Positions 45,851 to 54,862 of a stretch of DNA of 63,575 nt are shown here, piece by piece (position 1 is the stretch's first letter; the number at the start of each line of letters is the position of its first letter). The stretch spans positions 1 through 63,575 of the forward strand of contig JALUUK010000112.1 of the NCBI GenBank assembly GCA_027021395.1, written 5' to 3'. Made by a program: the position numbers and the translations under genes. The notes under the pieces are model-generated. The model did not search any database. It saw only the letters and a program-made list of their open reading frames with translations, and was not told the DNA's origin. The DNA is from Acidobacteriota bacterium (GTDB lineage Bacteria > Acidobacteriota > Polarisedimenticolia > J045).

Positions 45851-46400
45851 TTTGCTGCCCAGCCTTCTCAAGTACTACGCGCCTCGTGCACACGAATTTG
45901 TCATCGCCGATCACAATGAACCCAGAGCACGCGACGCGGAACGCAACGCCAGATCGGTATCCGAATGCATCCTCCAGCTCAAGTGATGCGTGCAGCCCGC
46001 GGTGACACCGTTTTATCGGCGCGTCGTAGACGTGGATATCGCCAGGTTTCGGTGAAAGGCTCATGCCGAGGTGGCTGTAGGATTCCTCGCCAAACACCCA
46101 ATACGCCAGTACTGGCGTGGAGTGGTCGATGTAGTGCAAGCTGACACCGCCACCGCGACCATCTCTTTCGCCGTAACAGTCACCACGACCGCGGCCACAT
46201 CCGAAGCCGTCACTGTATCCGTAGCCATCACCGTAACCATCACCGTCGCCGTAACCAAAATCACCGCCGTAACCATCACCGGCGCCATAGCCGAATCCAC
46301 CGCCGTCGCCGTCACATCCACCGCCGCGATTATATCCGCTGCCATAGCCGTCACCACGCGACACGCATTCACACCCGTACTCCAGGTCTAGGACTTCCAC
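45837..46400 (-). CDS. Gly/Asp/Tyr-rich low-complexity protein, paralog 2
   Basis: GTG 46400 with GGAGGAGG just upstream (the track ATG is at 46415). The central part is about 90 aa of GYG/GDG repeats. The C-terminal domain is as in 45350..45850. Confidence 0.6.
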   Translation of the reverse strand: MEVLDLEYGCECVSRGDGYGSGYNRGGGCDGDGGGFGYGAGDGYGGDFGYGDGDGYGDGYGYSDGFGCGRGRGDCYGERDGRGGGVSLHYIDHSTPVLAYWVFGEESYSHLGMSLSPKPGDIHVYDAPIKRCHRGLHASLELEDAFGYRSGVAFRVACSGFIVIGDDKFVCTRRVVLEKAGQQNGCH

Positions 46401-46696
46401 TTTGCCTCCTCCCATGCCTTGACGGCATCATCGGTGCATTGGATGATCTTCGACACGTCGAACACGATCATGTCCACGCGCGGTCCGACCCTGGATCGAC
46501 CGATCGGCCCGACGACGGCGAGCGAGTAGTTGCCCTCGCAATCCGGCATTCCGGTTGCCGCCCGCATGAAGCAGTGCCGCGCCCGCGACAGCCTGATGAT
46601 CTTCCTGTCGATGTCGATTTCCTCGACGTATCCGAAGTACATGCCACGGTTCGAGTCGAAGACCACAACTGGCGTTCCTTTTTCTGGTACGTTCAT
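46388..46696 (-). CDS. hypothetical protein
   Basis: 102 aa from ATG 46696 with GGAGGA 6 nt upstream. Confidence 0.55.
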   Translation of the reverse strand: MNVPEKGTPVVVFDSNRGMYFGYVEEIDIDRKIIRLSRARHCFMRAATGMPDCEGNYSLAVVGPIGRSRVGPRVDMIVFDVSKIIQCTDDAVKAWEEAKWKS

Positions 46697-46727
46697 CGTT
46701 CATCCTCCTTTTTCAGAAACGTGATTG

Positions 46728-46988
46728 TCATTCCTCGTCCATATCTCCGGCAAGCCGCAGCATATCAACACCATCGGCAAGGCGCTGCCCGAACGGGACC
46801 GCGCGCTCGATGGGCTCCTGCAACCGCGTATTCGCAGCCTTCTTCGCACCCTCGACCGACTTTGGGCATTTGTGACACACCAATCGGTCCAGGGTGTGCT
46901 CAAGCGGGCGATCGCAAGCCACGCACCGGAGCACGCGGCCTTTGTCGTCGTGCCAGAACAGGTAGTCGCCGGATCGTTTGTACGGCAT
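46728..46988 (-). CDS. small zinc-binding protein
   Basis: 86 aa. Contains CVAC..x12..CHKC. Confidence 0.45.
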   Translation of the reverse strand: MPYKRSGDYLFWHDDKGRVLRCVACDRPLEHTLDRLVCHKCPKSVEGAKKAANTRLQEPIERAVPFGQRLADGVDMLRLAGDMDEE

Positions 46989-47024
46989 TCTTATTGCGTC
47001 CGTTTGATGATCTCGCCAAGCGAA

Positions 47025-47303
47025 TTACCCATTTTTTCTGGCTCCATTGATTTCGCAAATGATTGCATCCAATGCATCTGCTATTGAGGCATATTTTCCG
47101 GTGAGGGAAGCCAGCCTTCGAATTGCCGCGGTTTCAACATCCCCGGTTTCACCAGAAGAAAACGAAACGTCGTCTGATATACGAAATCCACCTTGTATTT
47201 CGACGCCAGCAGCTTCTTGCAACTGCAACAAACGGCTGATTGCAATAGCAGCCGATGATTCAAGACATTCGATGCACTTCCATAATTTGTGATCACTAGC
47301 CAT
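47025..47303 (-). CDS. hypothetical protein
   Basis: 92 aa from ATG 47303 with GGAGGA 9 nt upstream. Confidence 0.5.
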   Translation of the reverse strand: MASDHKLWKCIECLESSAAIAISRLLQLQEAAGVEIQGGFRISDDVSFSSGETGDVETAAIRRLASLTGKYASIADALDAIICEINGARKNG

Positions 47304-47502
47304 TTTTCTCGTCCTCCTTCAACTTCAAGACATTCACGTCCAAAACCGTGACAATCCCAACCTCGTCTCCGATCTCGTTCGAATGCAAGATCAGACCGCC
47401 ATCACCGAGCAGGATGTCGTTGCACAGCCAGTCAACTTCATCCTGGTCAGTGCCGTACACCTTTTCGTCAACGTCAAGCTCTAAAATCAACAAAAACTTC
47501 AT
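47296..47502 (-). CDS. hypothetical acidic protein
   Basis: 68 aa from ATG 47502, overlapping the upstream TGA (ATGA). Confidence 0.5.
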   Translation of the reverse strand: MKFLLILELDVDEKVYGTDQDEVDWLCNDILLGDGGLILHSNEIGDEVGIVTVLDVNVLKLKEDEKNG

Positions 47503-47792
47503 CGTAACCACCCTATCTTGTGCAAGATTTGTTCCGCCTCATCAATCTCGTCAAAGGAAAACCTGCCTTCTTCCGTGCTGAGGACATTGAGTATCCATTC
47601 GATCATATCCGGGGCAGCAGCCATCAGCAGGCCGTCTGTGTCATCAATGATTACCTCTAGGCAATCGTCTTCAACTGTTTCTGACGGATCGGTAGGAGTC
47701 ACGATTCTGGCGCCGTAAGCATCAAGCAGTTCGCAGCTGCTTGTATCAAACCTCCACGGAGATGCTGATACTTTCCTGTATTTTTCTCCCAT
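47499..47792 (-). CDS. hypothetical acidic protein
   Basis: 97 aa from ATG 47792 (AGGGGA upstream), 5 nt after the upstream stop. The longer track ORF is Arg/Ser/Thr-rich and was rejected. Confidence 0.5.
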   Translation of the reverse strand: MGEKYRKVSASPWRFDTSSCELLDAYGARIVTPTDPSETVEDDCLEVIIDDTDGLLMAAAPDMIEWILNVLSTEEGRFSFDEIDEAEQILHKIGWLR

Positions 47793-47796
47793 AACA

Positions 47797-48267
47797 TCAT
47801 CCCCTTTTGGCAGGAAGACCTCTGGCACAAAACCCGCACATGCTCTGCACATCACGAAGCACAACCCCGCACCCAGGGCATGCCTTCTCGCCTTCGATCG
47901 CGTGGCACGGGAGGAGGTTGTGGATGTCGCGTGGCGTGAGACCGTACTGGGCGAACTCATACGGCAGGGCACGCCAGCCCTGATCGCGAGGCAACCACAT
48001 CTCGGCCACTTTTTGGATCGGCATTAGACTTTCATCCGAAGCGGAAACCGATTTCAGGTGCAGCACGAGTGTCATGCTCTCGTTCAAGTAGGCGCGGAAT
48101 TCATAGCACGGATTTTCGCCAGTATCCACGATGATCCCAGCGCTCGGCGTCCACACTGGCGGGACGCACGCAACCTTGATCCCGTGAATCTCACGACGCC
48201 CTAACAGCGCATCCTGATCGTATTTGTAGATCATTCGGTAGATCAGGATTTCGTAGAAGTCTTTCAT
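47797..48267 (-). CDS. hypothetical protein with C-terminal zinc ribbon
   Basis: 156 aa from ATG 48267 (GGAGGA at 48274-48279). C-terminus carries CPGCG..x9..CGFC. Confidence 0.55.
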   Translation of the reverse strand: MKDFYEILIYRMIYKYDQDALLGRREIHGIKVACVPPVWTPSAGIIVDTGENPCYEFRAYLNESMTLVLHLKSVSASDESLMPIQKVAEMWLPRDQGWRALPYEFAQYGLTPRDIHNLLPCHAIEGEKACPGCGVVLRDVQSMCGFCARGLPAKRG

Positions 48268-48284
48268 GTTCCATCCTCCGTTAC

Positions 48285-48437
48285 TCACTTGTGCGTATCA
48301 GTTACCATGACGATGAATGCGTCCAGCGCTGCAACCAGCAGAAAAAGCAGGACATATTCCCAAAACTGGAGCCCTGGAAACAAGCCCCTCAGAAAGACGT
48401 AAAAAGCGATGATCGCAAAAAAAGTGCTGATGCGCAT
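48285..48437 (-). CDS. small two-TM membrane protein (50 aa, below the track cutoff)
   Basis: Translated by hand: MRISTFFAIIAFYVFLRGLFPGLQFWEYVLLFLLVAALDAFIVMVTDTHK. It fills the gap between flanking genes and its stop lies just before the next SD. Confidence 0.4.
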   Translation of the reverse strand: MRISTFFAIIAFYVFLRGLFPGLQFWEYVLLFLLVAALDAFIVMVTDTHK

Positions 48438-48464
48438 GGCACCATCCTGCTGATTCCTAGGCAT

Positions 48465-49322
48465 TCACCTGTGCGCTACTGGAATGTAGAACGGCAGGGT
48501 ATCGCGCGTGAACCCAGCGGCGCCTTTGTGCCCGCCGCCGCCGTACCACTTGGCGATCTCCGAAACGTCGATTTTGTCTGAGAACATCGTGACCTTCCAC
48601 TTCTTGCCGTTCCAGCAGAACGCAAGGCAGCCGTCGTAGTCCTTGGGTACCTCGCCGAAGAACTTGCTGTTCACGCCAGAGCGGTTGATCGCGAGCCATC
48701 TGTGTCCAGCGAACTCCAAGGTGAATCCGATACCTCGAATTACCTCGGCAGCATCTTTTTCAAGGTATTCAATGATCGCTCTTCCACTAGCAACCAGCTC
48801 TTCAACCAGCTCCTCGCTCTTCATGAGGTAGATGATACTATCAATCCCTGTTCCAACCAATGCAGATCGTACACCGTATTGCATCTCCAGCACGTTTGGC
48901 CGCTTGATGTCCCAGACATCATATCTCCCTAGCAGGTAGACAATGTGTGGCATTGGGCGATTGTGGAAATAGTGTTTCCACGCAAGCTCGCACGCGGAAT
49001 ATTCTGTCCCAAGCACAGCGTTAACATTGTCGGGCAATCCATGCTTTTTGTAGTCCTCAATAGCCGTCTTGTGGTGATCAATCCACGTAACGGTTCTTGC
49101 GATTTTTGCGATCCTTTGCATGTTTTCCCACGGTTGCAACGAGAAGTCCAGCAATGCCACATCGGCGCATGCAAGATCATTCCACGTCAATCCGTTGCAC
49201 GGCAAAGGATCTCCGTAGTCGGCGCCGACAAGCCGGTAGTCGAAGTCCGTCTGGGCCATCTTCCAGATCGCTGCCGAGCACTTGCCGTCCAAGTCCGCAC
49301 GGTGGTAGATGCAGATTCTCAT
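48465..49322 (-). CDS. DHH/DHHA1-family phosphoesterase (NrnA/GdpP-type catalytic core)
   Basis: 285 aa. Motif I HRADLDG, motif III WIDHHKT, DHHA1 motif GGGGHKGAAGF. Confidence 0.8.
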   Translation of the reverse strand: MRICIYHRADLDGKCSAAIWKMAQTDFDYRLVGADYGDPLPCNGLTWNDLACADVALLDFSLQPWENMQRIAKIARTVTWIDHHKTAIEDYKKHGLPDNVNAVLGTEYSACELAWKHYFHNRPMPHIVYLLGRYDVWDIKRPNVLEMQYGVRSALVGTGIDSIIYLMKSEELVEELVASGRAIIEYLEKDAAEVIRGIGFTLEFAGHRWLAINRSGVNSKFFGEVPKDYDGCLAFCWNGKKWKVTMFSDKIDVSEIAKWYGGGGHKGAAGFTRDTLPFYIPVAHR

Positions 49323-49522
49323 ATCAGCTCCCTTACCCGATCAATCAAGCGGCATAAGTCGTCATACTTAATTCTCATGCGTCCTGCCTTCGTATTGCTG
49401 CTGGCCTTGCACTGGGTGCGATGCGACCACTCGCCGCGCAATTCGAGCAGAAATTCGAATGCTTCTACCAGCAGTTCTTCAGGCGAATCCTTCTGCCCTG
49501 TTTGATTCGCTTCGTCACTCAT
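49319..49522 (-). CDS. hypothetical small protein
   Basis: 67 aa from ATG 49522 (GGAGGA at 49527-49532). Confidence 0.45.
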   Translation of the reverse strand: MSDEANQTGQKDSPEELLVEAFEFLLELRGEWSHRTQCKASSNTKAGRMRIKYDDLCRLIDRVRELI

Positions 49523-49533
49523 AACATCCTCCG

Positions 49534-49917
49534 TTACTTCGTTGATACCAACAACATCAACCATTCCAACCATTTCGCTATTGGCGGAATGACAACAAAC
49601 AGAATCATGGCCGCCACCCGATACGGGCTTCGGCACCACCAGCGCCAAAAGGCATGGATGCGCGGCGAACCTCTTGAAGTGCGATGCACGCCCTGCGCGC
49701 TACTGAACTGCCTCCGCAAATCCTCCAAAAGATCGGGCGAGATGTTGGCCAGGTGAGGATTATTTGCCAGCGTTTTCCGGATGATGTCGAGGCGTTCCTG
49801 CGTCCACTCAGCCTTCGCGTATCCAATCGGCACCTGTCTCATCAAGAGGTATTCGGCTGCTGTCAGTGGTCCGAGCGTTGGGTGGCACACAAACACCTGC
49901 TTCGTTTCGTCGCTCAC
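49534..49917 (-). CDS. hypothetical protein with C-terminal TM segment
   Basis: 127 aa from GTG 49917 (AGGAG 7 nt upstream). Only the 3' 40% of the 317-aa track ORF looks protein-like (..AEYLLMRQVPIGYAKAEWTQERLDIIRK..). Confidence 0.45.
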   Translation of the reverse strand: MSDETKQVFVCHPTLGPLTAAEYLLMRQVPIGYAKAEWTQERLDIIRKTLANNPHLANISPDLLEDLRRQFSSAQGVHRTSRGSPRIHAFWRWWCRSPYRVAAMILFVVIPPIAKWLEWLMLLVSTK

Positions 49918-49940
49918 GACAATTCTCCTGCCTCGGTCAT

Positions 49941-50333
49941 CTAGGACTCTTCTCCGCCAACCACAAGAACCGCGGGGTTCAGCACGCCGCCATCGCGATT
50001 CGCTTTCTCGCACTCGTACTTGATCTGGCATTGCATGGCGTGCCATCGACGCAATGCTTCGCCATGCTCCCAAACGTGCCGCAGAATTTGTACCGCGCCC
50101 ATATACTGGTATCCACGCAACCCATGTTTCCCCATGACGCCGCAAGCCAGCTCCTTCGCCTTTTCGGCGCAGCCTTCGACAGTTTCGCCGTTTGCGATGA
50201 ATGCCTCCATGAGGTTTGCCCACGTCTCGGCGAACCAGTAGGCAGCGCCGCAGTATTCCGTGATGCGCCCATGATCGTTGTTCTCCAGTCCCTCGTTCCA
50301 CACATGCTTGGCTTCGTCGTCTTTGAACTGCAT
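49941..50333 (-). CDS. hypothetical protein
   Basis: 130 aa from ATG 50333 (GGAGAC upstream). Confidence 0.5.
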   Translation of the reverse strand: MQFKDDEAKHVWNEGLENNDHGRITEYCGAAYWFAETWANLMEAFIANGETVEGCAEKAKELACGVMGKHGLRGYQYMGAVQILRHVWEHGEALRRWHAMQCQIKYECEKANRDGGVLNPAVLVVGGEES

Positions 50334-50363
50334 GGTTGTCTCCAACACAAAAACCACTTGGGG

Positions 50364-51344
50364 TCAGAACAACATCGGCTTGGAAGCGCTTGGCGATATC
50401 CATACCGATTCCGTCCTGGGTGCGTGATCTGTAATTGAACCGGAACCTTGCAATTTTGTTCCACGCACACGACCGGCAGCATGGCATGCCGTCTCAATAT
50501 CTCGGCGTTGCCATCCGGCGTCATCAAGCTGTGCGTATATCGGATGGTTGTAGCCGCTGACAACCGCCTTGCCCTCAAGGTTCAGCAGCACCTCGACCAA
50601 CTCGGCGTGTGCATCATCTGACATTTCATGTTCGTACACGTTGCGTGATCCAGAAGCGCGGGTATCGGAGACGTAGGGTGGATCCACATAGAACACCGTT
50701 TCCTTGGAATCCCAATACCGGATGACTTCGATCGCGTCCCGGCAGTCGATCTGCACGCGGGACAAACGCTCGTGCCATGAGTCAAGTAAACGCAAGCGAC
50801 CTCGCCATGAGTTGACTACCTGAGCCATACCGCGCGTTGATGTAAATACCCGTCCCCAATCGCATTCTGCATTGCACTTGCCGCCGAATCCTTGATTCTG
50901 CCCAACAAACATTGCCCACGCCCGATCTACATCGTCCGCCGATTCATCGCCCATTATCTCAAGCGCCTTGCGAAACTCGGCGCGAGAATACATTGTCCAC
51001 GTGAGCTTGTGTGCGAGCAATTCGAACTTCTCGGGATCTTGGAGCACCCGGAACAGCCCGATGGTGCGTTCATCCAGGTCGTTCAGCACCTCGACGGGGA
51101 ACGGCTTGATATGCCAAAACACAGACGCAGCGCCGCAGTACGGCTCTACGTACACTTTGCCTTTCGGGATCAGCGGCACAATCCGGCGTGCAATCTGTCC
51201 CTTTCCTCCGTACCACCTGACAGGCGCCATGATTCTGTTCGGCATCGGCAGCGCCTCACGGACATCTCTGCTTACGCGGAATGCGTCTGACGGCATCCCC
51301 TGCCTTTGGCTACTCATCACGCACATCCTCGGCTGCATCGCCAT
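50364..51344 (-). CDS. dam: DNA N6-adenine methyltransferase (D12 / Dam class)
   Basis: N-terminal PVRWYGGKGQIARRIVPLIP and EPYCGAASVF (SAM site), catalytic FYVDPPY. The start is uncertain, with several in-frame ATGs between 51344 and 51230. Confidence 0.85.
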   Translation of the reverse strand: MAMQPRMCVMSSQRQGMPSDAFRVSRDVREALPMPNRIMAPVRWYGGKGQIARRIVPLIPKGKVYVEPYCGAASVFWHIKPFPVEVLNDLDERTIGLFRVLQDPEKFELLAHKLTWTMYSRAEFRKALEIMGDESADDVDRAWAMFVGQNQGFGGKCNAECDWGRVFTSTRGMAQVVNSWRGRLRLLDSWHERLSRVQIDCRDAIEVIRYWDSKETVFYVDPPYVSDTRASGSRNVYEHEMSDDAHAELVEVLLNLEGKAVVSGYNHPIYAQLDDAGWQRRDIETACHAAGRVRGTKLQGSGSITDHAPRTESVWISPSASKPMLF

Positions 51345-51353
51345 TGGTCGGAT

Positions 51354-51584
51354 CTACGCCCCATGCTTCTTGCACCACAGGACGCCATCCACATCAAGGT
51401 AGAAACGAGAACCATCGTATAGAGGTGCACCGCATACTTCGCACCACCCGATGACATAACGACCATTTATGCGCTCGATATGGATGCCTGGATGTTTTCG
51501 GCGACATTCGTCGATTGCCTCGGCAACGGTTGTTCGAAAATGCTCTTTCACAGGCACCTTGCCGTCGATCACTACGGTTTTCAT
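51354..51584 (-). CDS. small zinc-binding protein
   Basis: 76 aa from ATG 51584. Contains CEVCG..x20..C. Confidence 0.45.
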   Translation of the reverse strand: MKTVVIDGKVPVKEHFRTTVAEAIDECRRKHPGIHIERINGRYVIGWCEVCGAPLYDGSRFYLDVDGVLWCKKHGA

Positions 51585-51601
51585 CGTACATCCCCCATGC
51601 T

Positions 51602-51934
51602 TCATCGAACCCAGCATTCCACGTAGATCGGTCCTCTGTGGTCACGCAATGTAGTCTCCTTGAGGTAGTCGCGCGTTTCGAGATCCAGAACGCAGACATC
51701 AACCCCTTCGGAGCTCACGATGTCCACACAGCATTCGTCAAGATCCAGATATACTTCGTAACGCCACTTACCAGGTCTTCTGTAGGCGACGAGCTTGACC
51801 TGGCGTGCATTCCCGATGTCGAAATACTCAGACAGACCTTCTGCACAGAAATAGTAATTGTTGCGCACAAAACAATAGCCACTGCCAATCCGGCAGAGCC
51901 TCATCCACGGCGTCTTTGCGATCTCGGTTGTCAT
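51602..51934 (-). CDS. hypothetical protein, paralog of 53742..54128
   Basis: 110 aa. Shared blocks: A(K/E)TPW, YFD(I/V)xxA(R/K)QVKLVA(Y/H)RxPGxxRYEV, GPIYVECWV. Confidence 0.55.
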   Translation of the reverse strand: MTTEIAKTPWMRLCRIGSGYCFVRNNYYFCAEGLSEYFDIGNARQVKLVAYRRPGKWRYEVYLDLDECCVDIVSSEGVDVCVLDLETRDYLKETTLRDHRGPIYVECWVR

Positions 51935-51992
51935 TTTCGTTTCTCCGTGCTATCTTTGTTTTACGGCCTGTCAGAAGAATCGCTTCGCATTC

Positions 51993-52307
51993 TCAATCGT
52001 TATCTGCCGCCAGTCTTTCATCTTGGCATCGTGGGCACTCTACACGTTCAGTACCCAACGGCACCATCACCCATAGCGACACATCTGGATCGATCTCGCC
52101 GCCGCATCTCTCGCAGCGCTCCACTTTACGACCTGGACTGCACGACGCGATGTCGTTCTCGCATGCTGCCACCTCGTCCAGCAAGCACGCGCACTCGAAA
52201 TCGGTATCCACAAGGCCATCGGCGCCCAAGCCAACGAGCCACTTGAACAGGGCCTCGCCAGCCGTGCCTGGCTGGACCCATCCCGGCGTTACCTTTTTGT
52301 CATTCAT
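51993..52307 (-). CDS. Cys-rich hypothetical protein
   Basis: 104 aa. Contains CERCGG..x18..CPRC. Confidence 0.5.
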   Translation of the reverse strand: MNDKKVTPGWVQPGTAGEALFKWLVGLGADGLVDTDFECACLLDEVAACENDIASCSPGRKVERCERCGGEIDPDVSLWVMVPLGTERVECPRCQDERLAADND

Positions 52308-52779
52308 GGTCCGCCTCCTCGTGGCTCTCCACCGTGATCTTGCCGAGCACTTCGCACAGATCCAGAAGCTCGCGAGTCGTGTTGCGCTGCTGCATGATCA
52401 CGTCGCACAAGTTCCACTCCCGATCCTTACCGCCACATGAAATCTGCAACGTTCCAGCATCTCGCACGGCTTCGATCAGGTAGATTTCGTCTGACCCGAG
52501 CACGGTTTCAAAATTTCCTGGTGTACGGTAAATCTGGAATACGATCTCACCGTGGTATGGCTTCCGCCCATACTCGTTATCCGCACGCTGATCACCGAAT
52601 GCGGCGTACTGCTTCACGCCGATGTAATGATCCTTGAGTGCCGCTTCGCCGTCTGCTTGGATTTCTGTAATCGCGTCCTCGATTGCCGTGAGTCGCACCG
52701 GAGAATCAGGGACGCCGGAAACATGCAGATTCTCCATCGCGCGTTTGCATCTTTCAATGTCTAGCGGTTTCGCTGCCAT
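52300..52779 (-). CDS. hypothetical protein
   Basis: 159 aa from ATG 52779 (AAGGAG 7 nt upstream). The upstream part of the 214-aa track ORF overlaps a hand-found zinc-finger ORF. Confidence 0.5.
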   Translation of the reverse strand: MAAKPLDIERCKRAMENLHVSGVPDSPVRLTAIEDAITEIQADGEAALKDHYIGVKQYAAFGDQRADNEYGRKPYHGEIVFQIYRTPGNFETVLGSDEIYLIEAVRDAGTLQISCGGKDREWNLCDVIMQQRNTTRELLDLCEVLGKITVESHEEADHE

Positions 52780-52813
52780 CGCGTCTCTCCTTTTGGTTGG
52801 AGCTTGATCGTTG

Positions 52814-52978
52814 TCAGGCATCCTCGTCGTCCCCTTCGCAGTTATGCGCATGGGCGCATGTCGGACAGAGCCACAAATCACATACTGGACAAATCCACAC
52901 ATCGTCATACGGGAAGCTGCGACCGCAGTAGTCGCAGTCTTCAATTAGCGGCGGATAGTAGTCGTCGTTCAAGATCAT
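52814..52978 (-). CDS. small zinc-finger protein (54 aa, below the track cutoff)
   Basis: Translated by hand: MILNDDYYPPLIEDCDYCGRSFPYDDVWICPVCDLWLCPTCAHAHNCEGDDEDA. GGAGGA lies 10 nt upstream of ATG 52978. Confidence 0.45.
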   Translation of the reverse strand: MILNDDYYPPLIEDCDYCGRSFPYDDVWICPVCDLWLCPTCAHAHNCEGDDEDA

Positions 52979-53093
52979 TCGTCACCCATCCTCCTTGTCA
53001 CTCTGGCCTCTGCCCATCATCGCCAGCTTCAACAATCCGCTTGATGACTTTGCGCATTTGCTGCATTGAGTACACAAGCGACTCTACATTCTT

Positions 53094-53339
53094 TCAGACA
53101 TCACCACCGCGCTCAATCGAAGCCGTCAGCAGAGATTCGTTAGCAAACATGAAAAAATGCTCGCGTGTATTGAGAAGAGCGCCCCTCACTTTGTCCTCGC
53201 ACTTGACGCACAGCCACGTAGCCGCCCCGCAAGTCCACTCCTGCCAACGGCGCGGCATATCCGTACATCCGCATCGCTGGCATGGATACATAATTTTCGC
53301 TTTGACAAAGACATTTTGTCGTTCTTCGCTCGTCATCAT
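53094..53339 (-). CDS. small zinc-ribbon protein
   Basis: 81 aa. Contains CQRCGC..x15..CVKC. Confidence 0.5.
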   Translation of the reverse strand: MMTSEERQNVFVKAKIMYPCQRCGCTDMPRRWQEWTCGAATWLCVKCEDKVRGALLNTREHFFMFANESLLTASIERGGDV

Positions 53340-53554
53340 GGAAGCTCCCTGGAAATGATGTCACGCGCGATTGTTAGCACACCAATAAGCGCGCAACAAT
53401 CCATTGCGAGAGATGTGTTGCTTATGCTGTACGATGCTTCTCGAAGCAAATTGATTGCGTTGTCTATCTCTTCGCATGCAACCGTCAACGATTTCTCAGC
53501 GTCAGGAATCCTGACATTCTTCAGTATTGTTGTATACGATCCACACATAGCCAT
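53336..53554 (-). CDS. hypothetical small protein
   Basis: 72 aa from ATG 53554 (GGAGA upstream). Confidence 0.45.
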   Translation of the reverse strand: MAMCGSYTTILKNVRIPDAEKSLTVACEEIDNAINLLREASYSISNTSLAMDCCALIGVLTIARDIISRELP

Positions 53555-53587
53555 TGGTCTCCATTCTGATTTCGATTTACCATGCCT

Positions 53588-53776
53588 TCATCGCTTATCC
53601 TCGCCCTGCCGTTCAAGCAGCCGCAACGCTGCGTCCAGCCACTTGCCGGTCGGCGTGTTGGCAATGGCCAGCTCGCACCGAGAACGGCAGACCGCGATGA
53701 ACCGTTGCACGGCAATGTCCGTCAAGCCGTGCCTGATCGCCTCATCTGCGGCTTTTTCTGGTGTTTGCTTGCTCAT
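53588..53776 (-). CDS. hypothetical small protein
   Basis: 62 aa from ATG 53776 (GGAG 6 nt upstream). Confidence 0.4.
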   Translation of the reverse strand: MSKQTPEKAADEAIRHGLTDIAVQRFIAVCRSRCELAIANTPTGKWLDAALRLLERQGEDKR

Positions 53777-54128
53777 GCCTGGCTCCACGCTTCACCCAGC
53801 ATTCAACGTAGATCGGGCCGTCAATGTCGCTGAGCCCAAACCTTTTGAGGTAGCGTCGAAGCCAAGTTGTCAACATCTCTGCATCTTCCCCGTCTTCAGT
53901 TAGAACCTTAGCGGTTACGTCATCCGCCGGCAGCCACACCTCATACCTCCCATCGCCCGGCTCGCGATGAGCAACGAGCTTGACTTGCTTCGCCCCCTCA
54001 ACGTCAAAGTACTTCGACAGAAGATCCCTACAGACAAACCGCACAGCATAGCCAAACACGCTGCCATCACACCAAAAGCCAGCCGGGCCGTCCAACAGCC
54101 ACGGCGTTTCAGCTATCCGCGTGCTCAT
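53742..54128 (-). CDS. hypothetical protein, paralog of 51602..51934
   Basis: 128 aa. Same conserved blocks as the paralog (AETPW, YFDVEGAKQVKLVAHREPGDGRYEV, GPIYVECWV). Confidence 0.55.
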   Translation of the reverse strand: MSTRIAETPWLLDGPAGFWCDGSVFGYAVRFVCRDLLSKYFDVEGAKQVKLVAHREPGDGRYEVWLPADDVTAKVLTEDGEDAEMLTTWLRRYLKRFGLSDIDGPIYVECWVKRGARHEQANTRKSRR

Positions 54129-54163
54129 AGCTCAATACTCCACCCTAGCTCCACAGTACTGCG

Positions 54164-54478
54164 TCACTTCACCTTAGGCATATCAGGACAAATGCACGAG
54201 TCGTCATCACAGTATGCCTCGTGGATATCGTCCCACATCAATCCGTAGTACCATCCGTCAACAAACAGGCTGGAACGTATGCGCCGGCAGGTCTCGCATG
54301 TCCTAAACCTTCCCATGCGCCCGTCCCACTTGCCATTCGTAAGCTCGTACTGCTCTCCAGGGAGAATGTCGCACCCGCATTCGCAGCATTTGTGACGCTT
54401 CCTTGCCGTCACAATGCGATCCACTACGAAGTCTGGGCCGTCATCTACGTACAACGCGATGCAATGGCTGAACATCAT
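54164..54478 (-). CDS. Cys-rich zinc-binding protein
   Basis: 104 aa from ATG 54478. Contains CCECGC..x20..CETC. Confidence 0.5.
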   Translation of the reverse strand: MMFSHCIALYVDDGPDFVVDRIVTARKRHKCCECGCDILPGEQYELTNGKWDGRMGRFRTCETCRRIRSSLFVDGWYYGLMWDDIHEAYCDDDSCICPDMPKVK

Positions 54479-54568
54479 GGCCTCGCTTACGTTCGTTCGT
54501 CCAGTTTCAGCATGCAATCACCCGCGCCCGGATTCGATGGTAAAGAGCCCCAGGCGGGAGACCACCTG

Positions 54569-54862
54569 TCACTCATCCAGTGGCTCATAGGTAGCTTCGA
54601 AAACGTCCGGCTTACATGGATAAAGCTCGCCCTTTACACCGCGGATAATCCAATCCCCGAGCTGCGCCGTCATCGTGCCTTCAAGGGTCTCGATCGTAGC
54701 CGTCTTTGTGCTCTGGTCGTACACGACCCCTGGTATGTGCTCTTGGTTAGGATGTGGTAGATTAAACGTTTCCTCAGTAATTTGAATGGCTCTGATGACC
54801 ACTGGTTTCTTTCGATATGGTCGCATACTTCTGCTCCGACAGTCGGGTTTCGGTGGATACAT
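54569..54862 (-). CDS. hypothetical protein
   Basis: 97 aa from ATG 54862 (GGAGGT 5 nt upstream). Confidence 0.5.
   Translation of the reverse strand: MYPPKPDCRSRSMRPYRKKPVVIRAIQITEETFNLPHPNQEHIPGVVYDQSTKTATIETLEGTMTAQLGDWIIRGVKGELYPCKPDVFEATYEPLDE

Noticed and set aside
49534-50487. The 317-aa minus-strand ORF as a single gene.
   Set aside because: Its 5' 60% is Arg-rich and overlaps the well-supported gene 49941..50333 in another frame. Only the 3' part, from GTG 49917, was kept.
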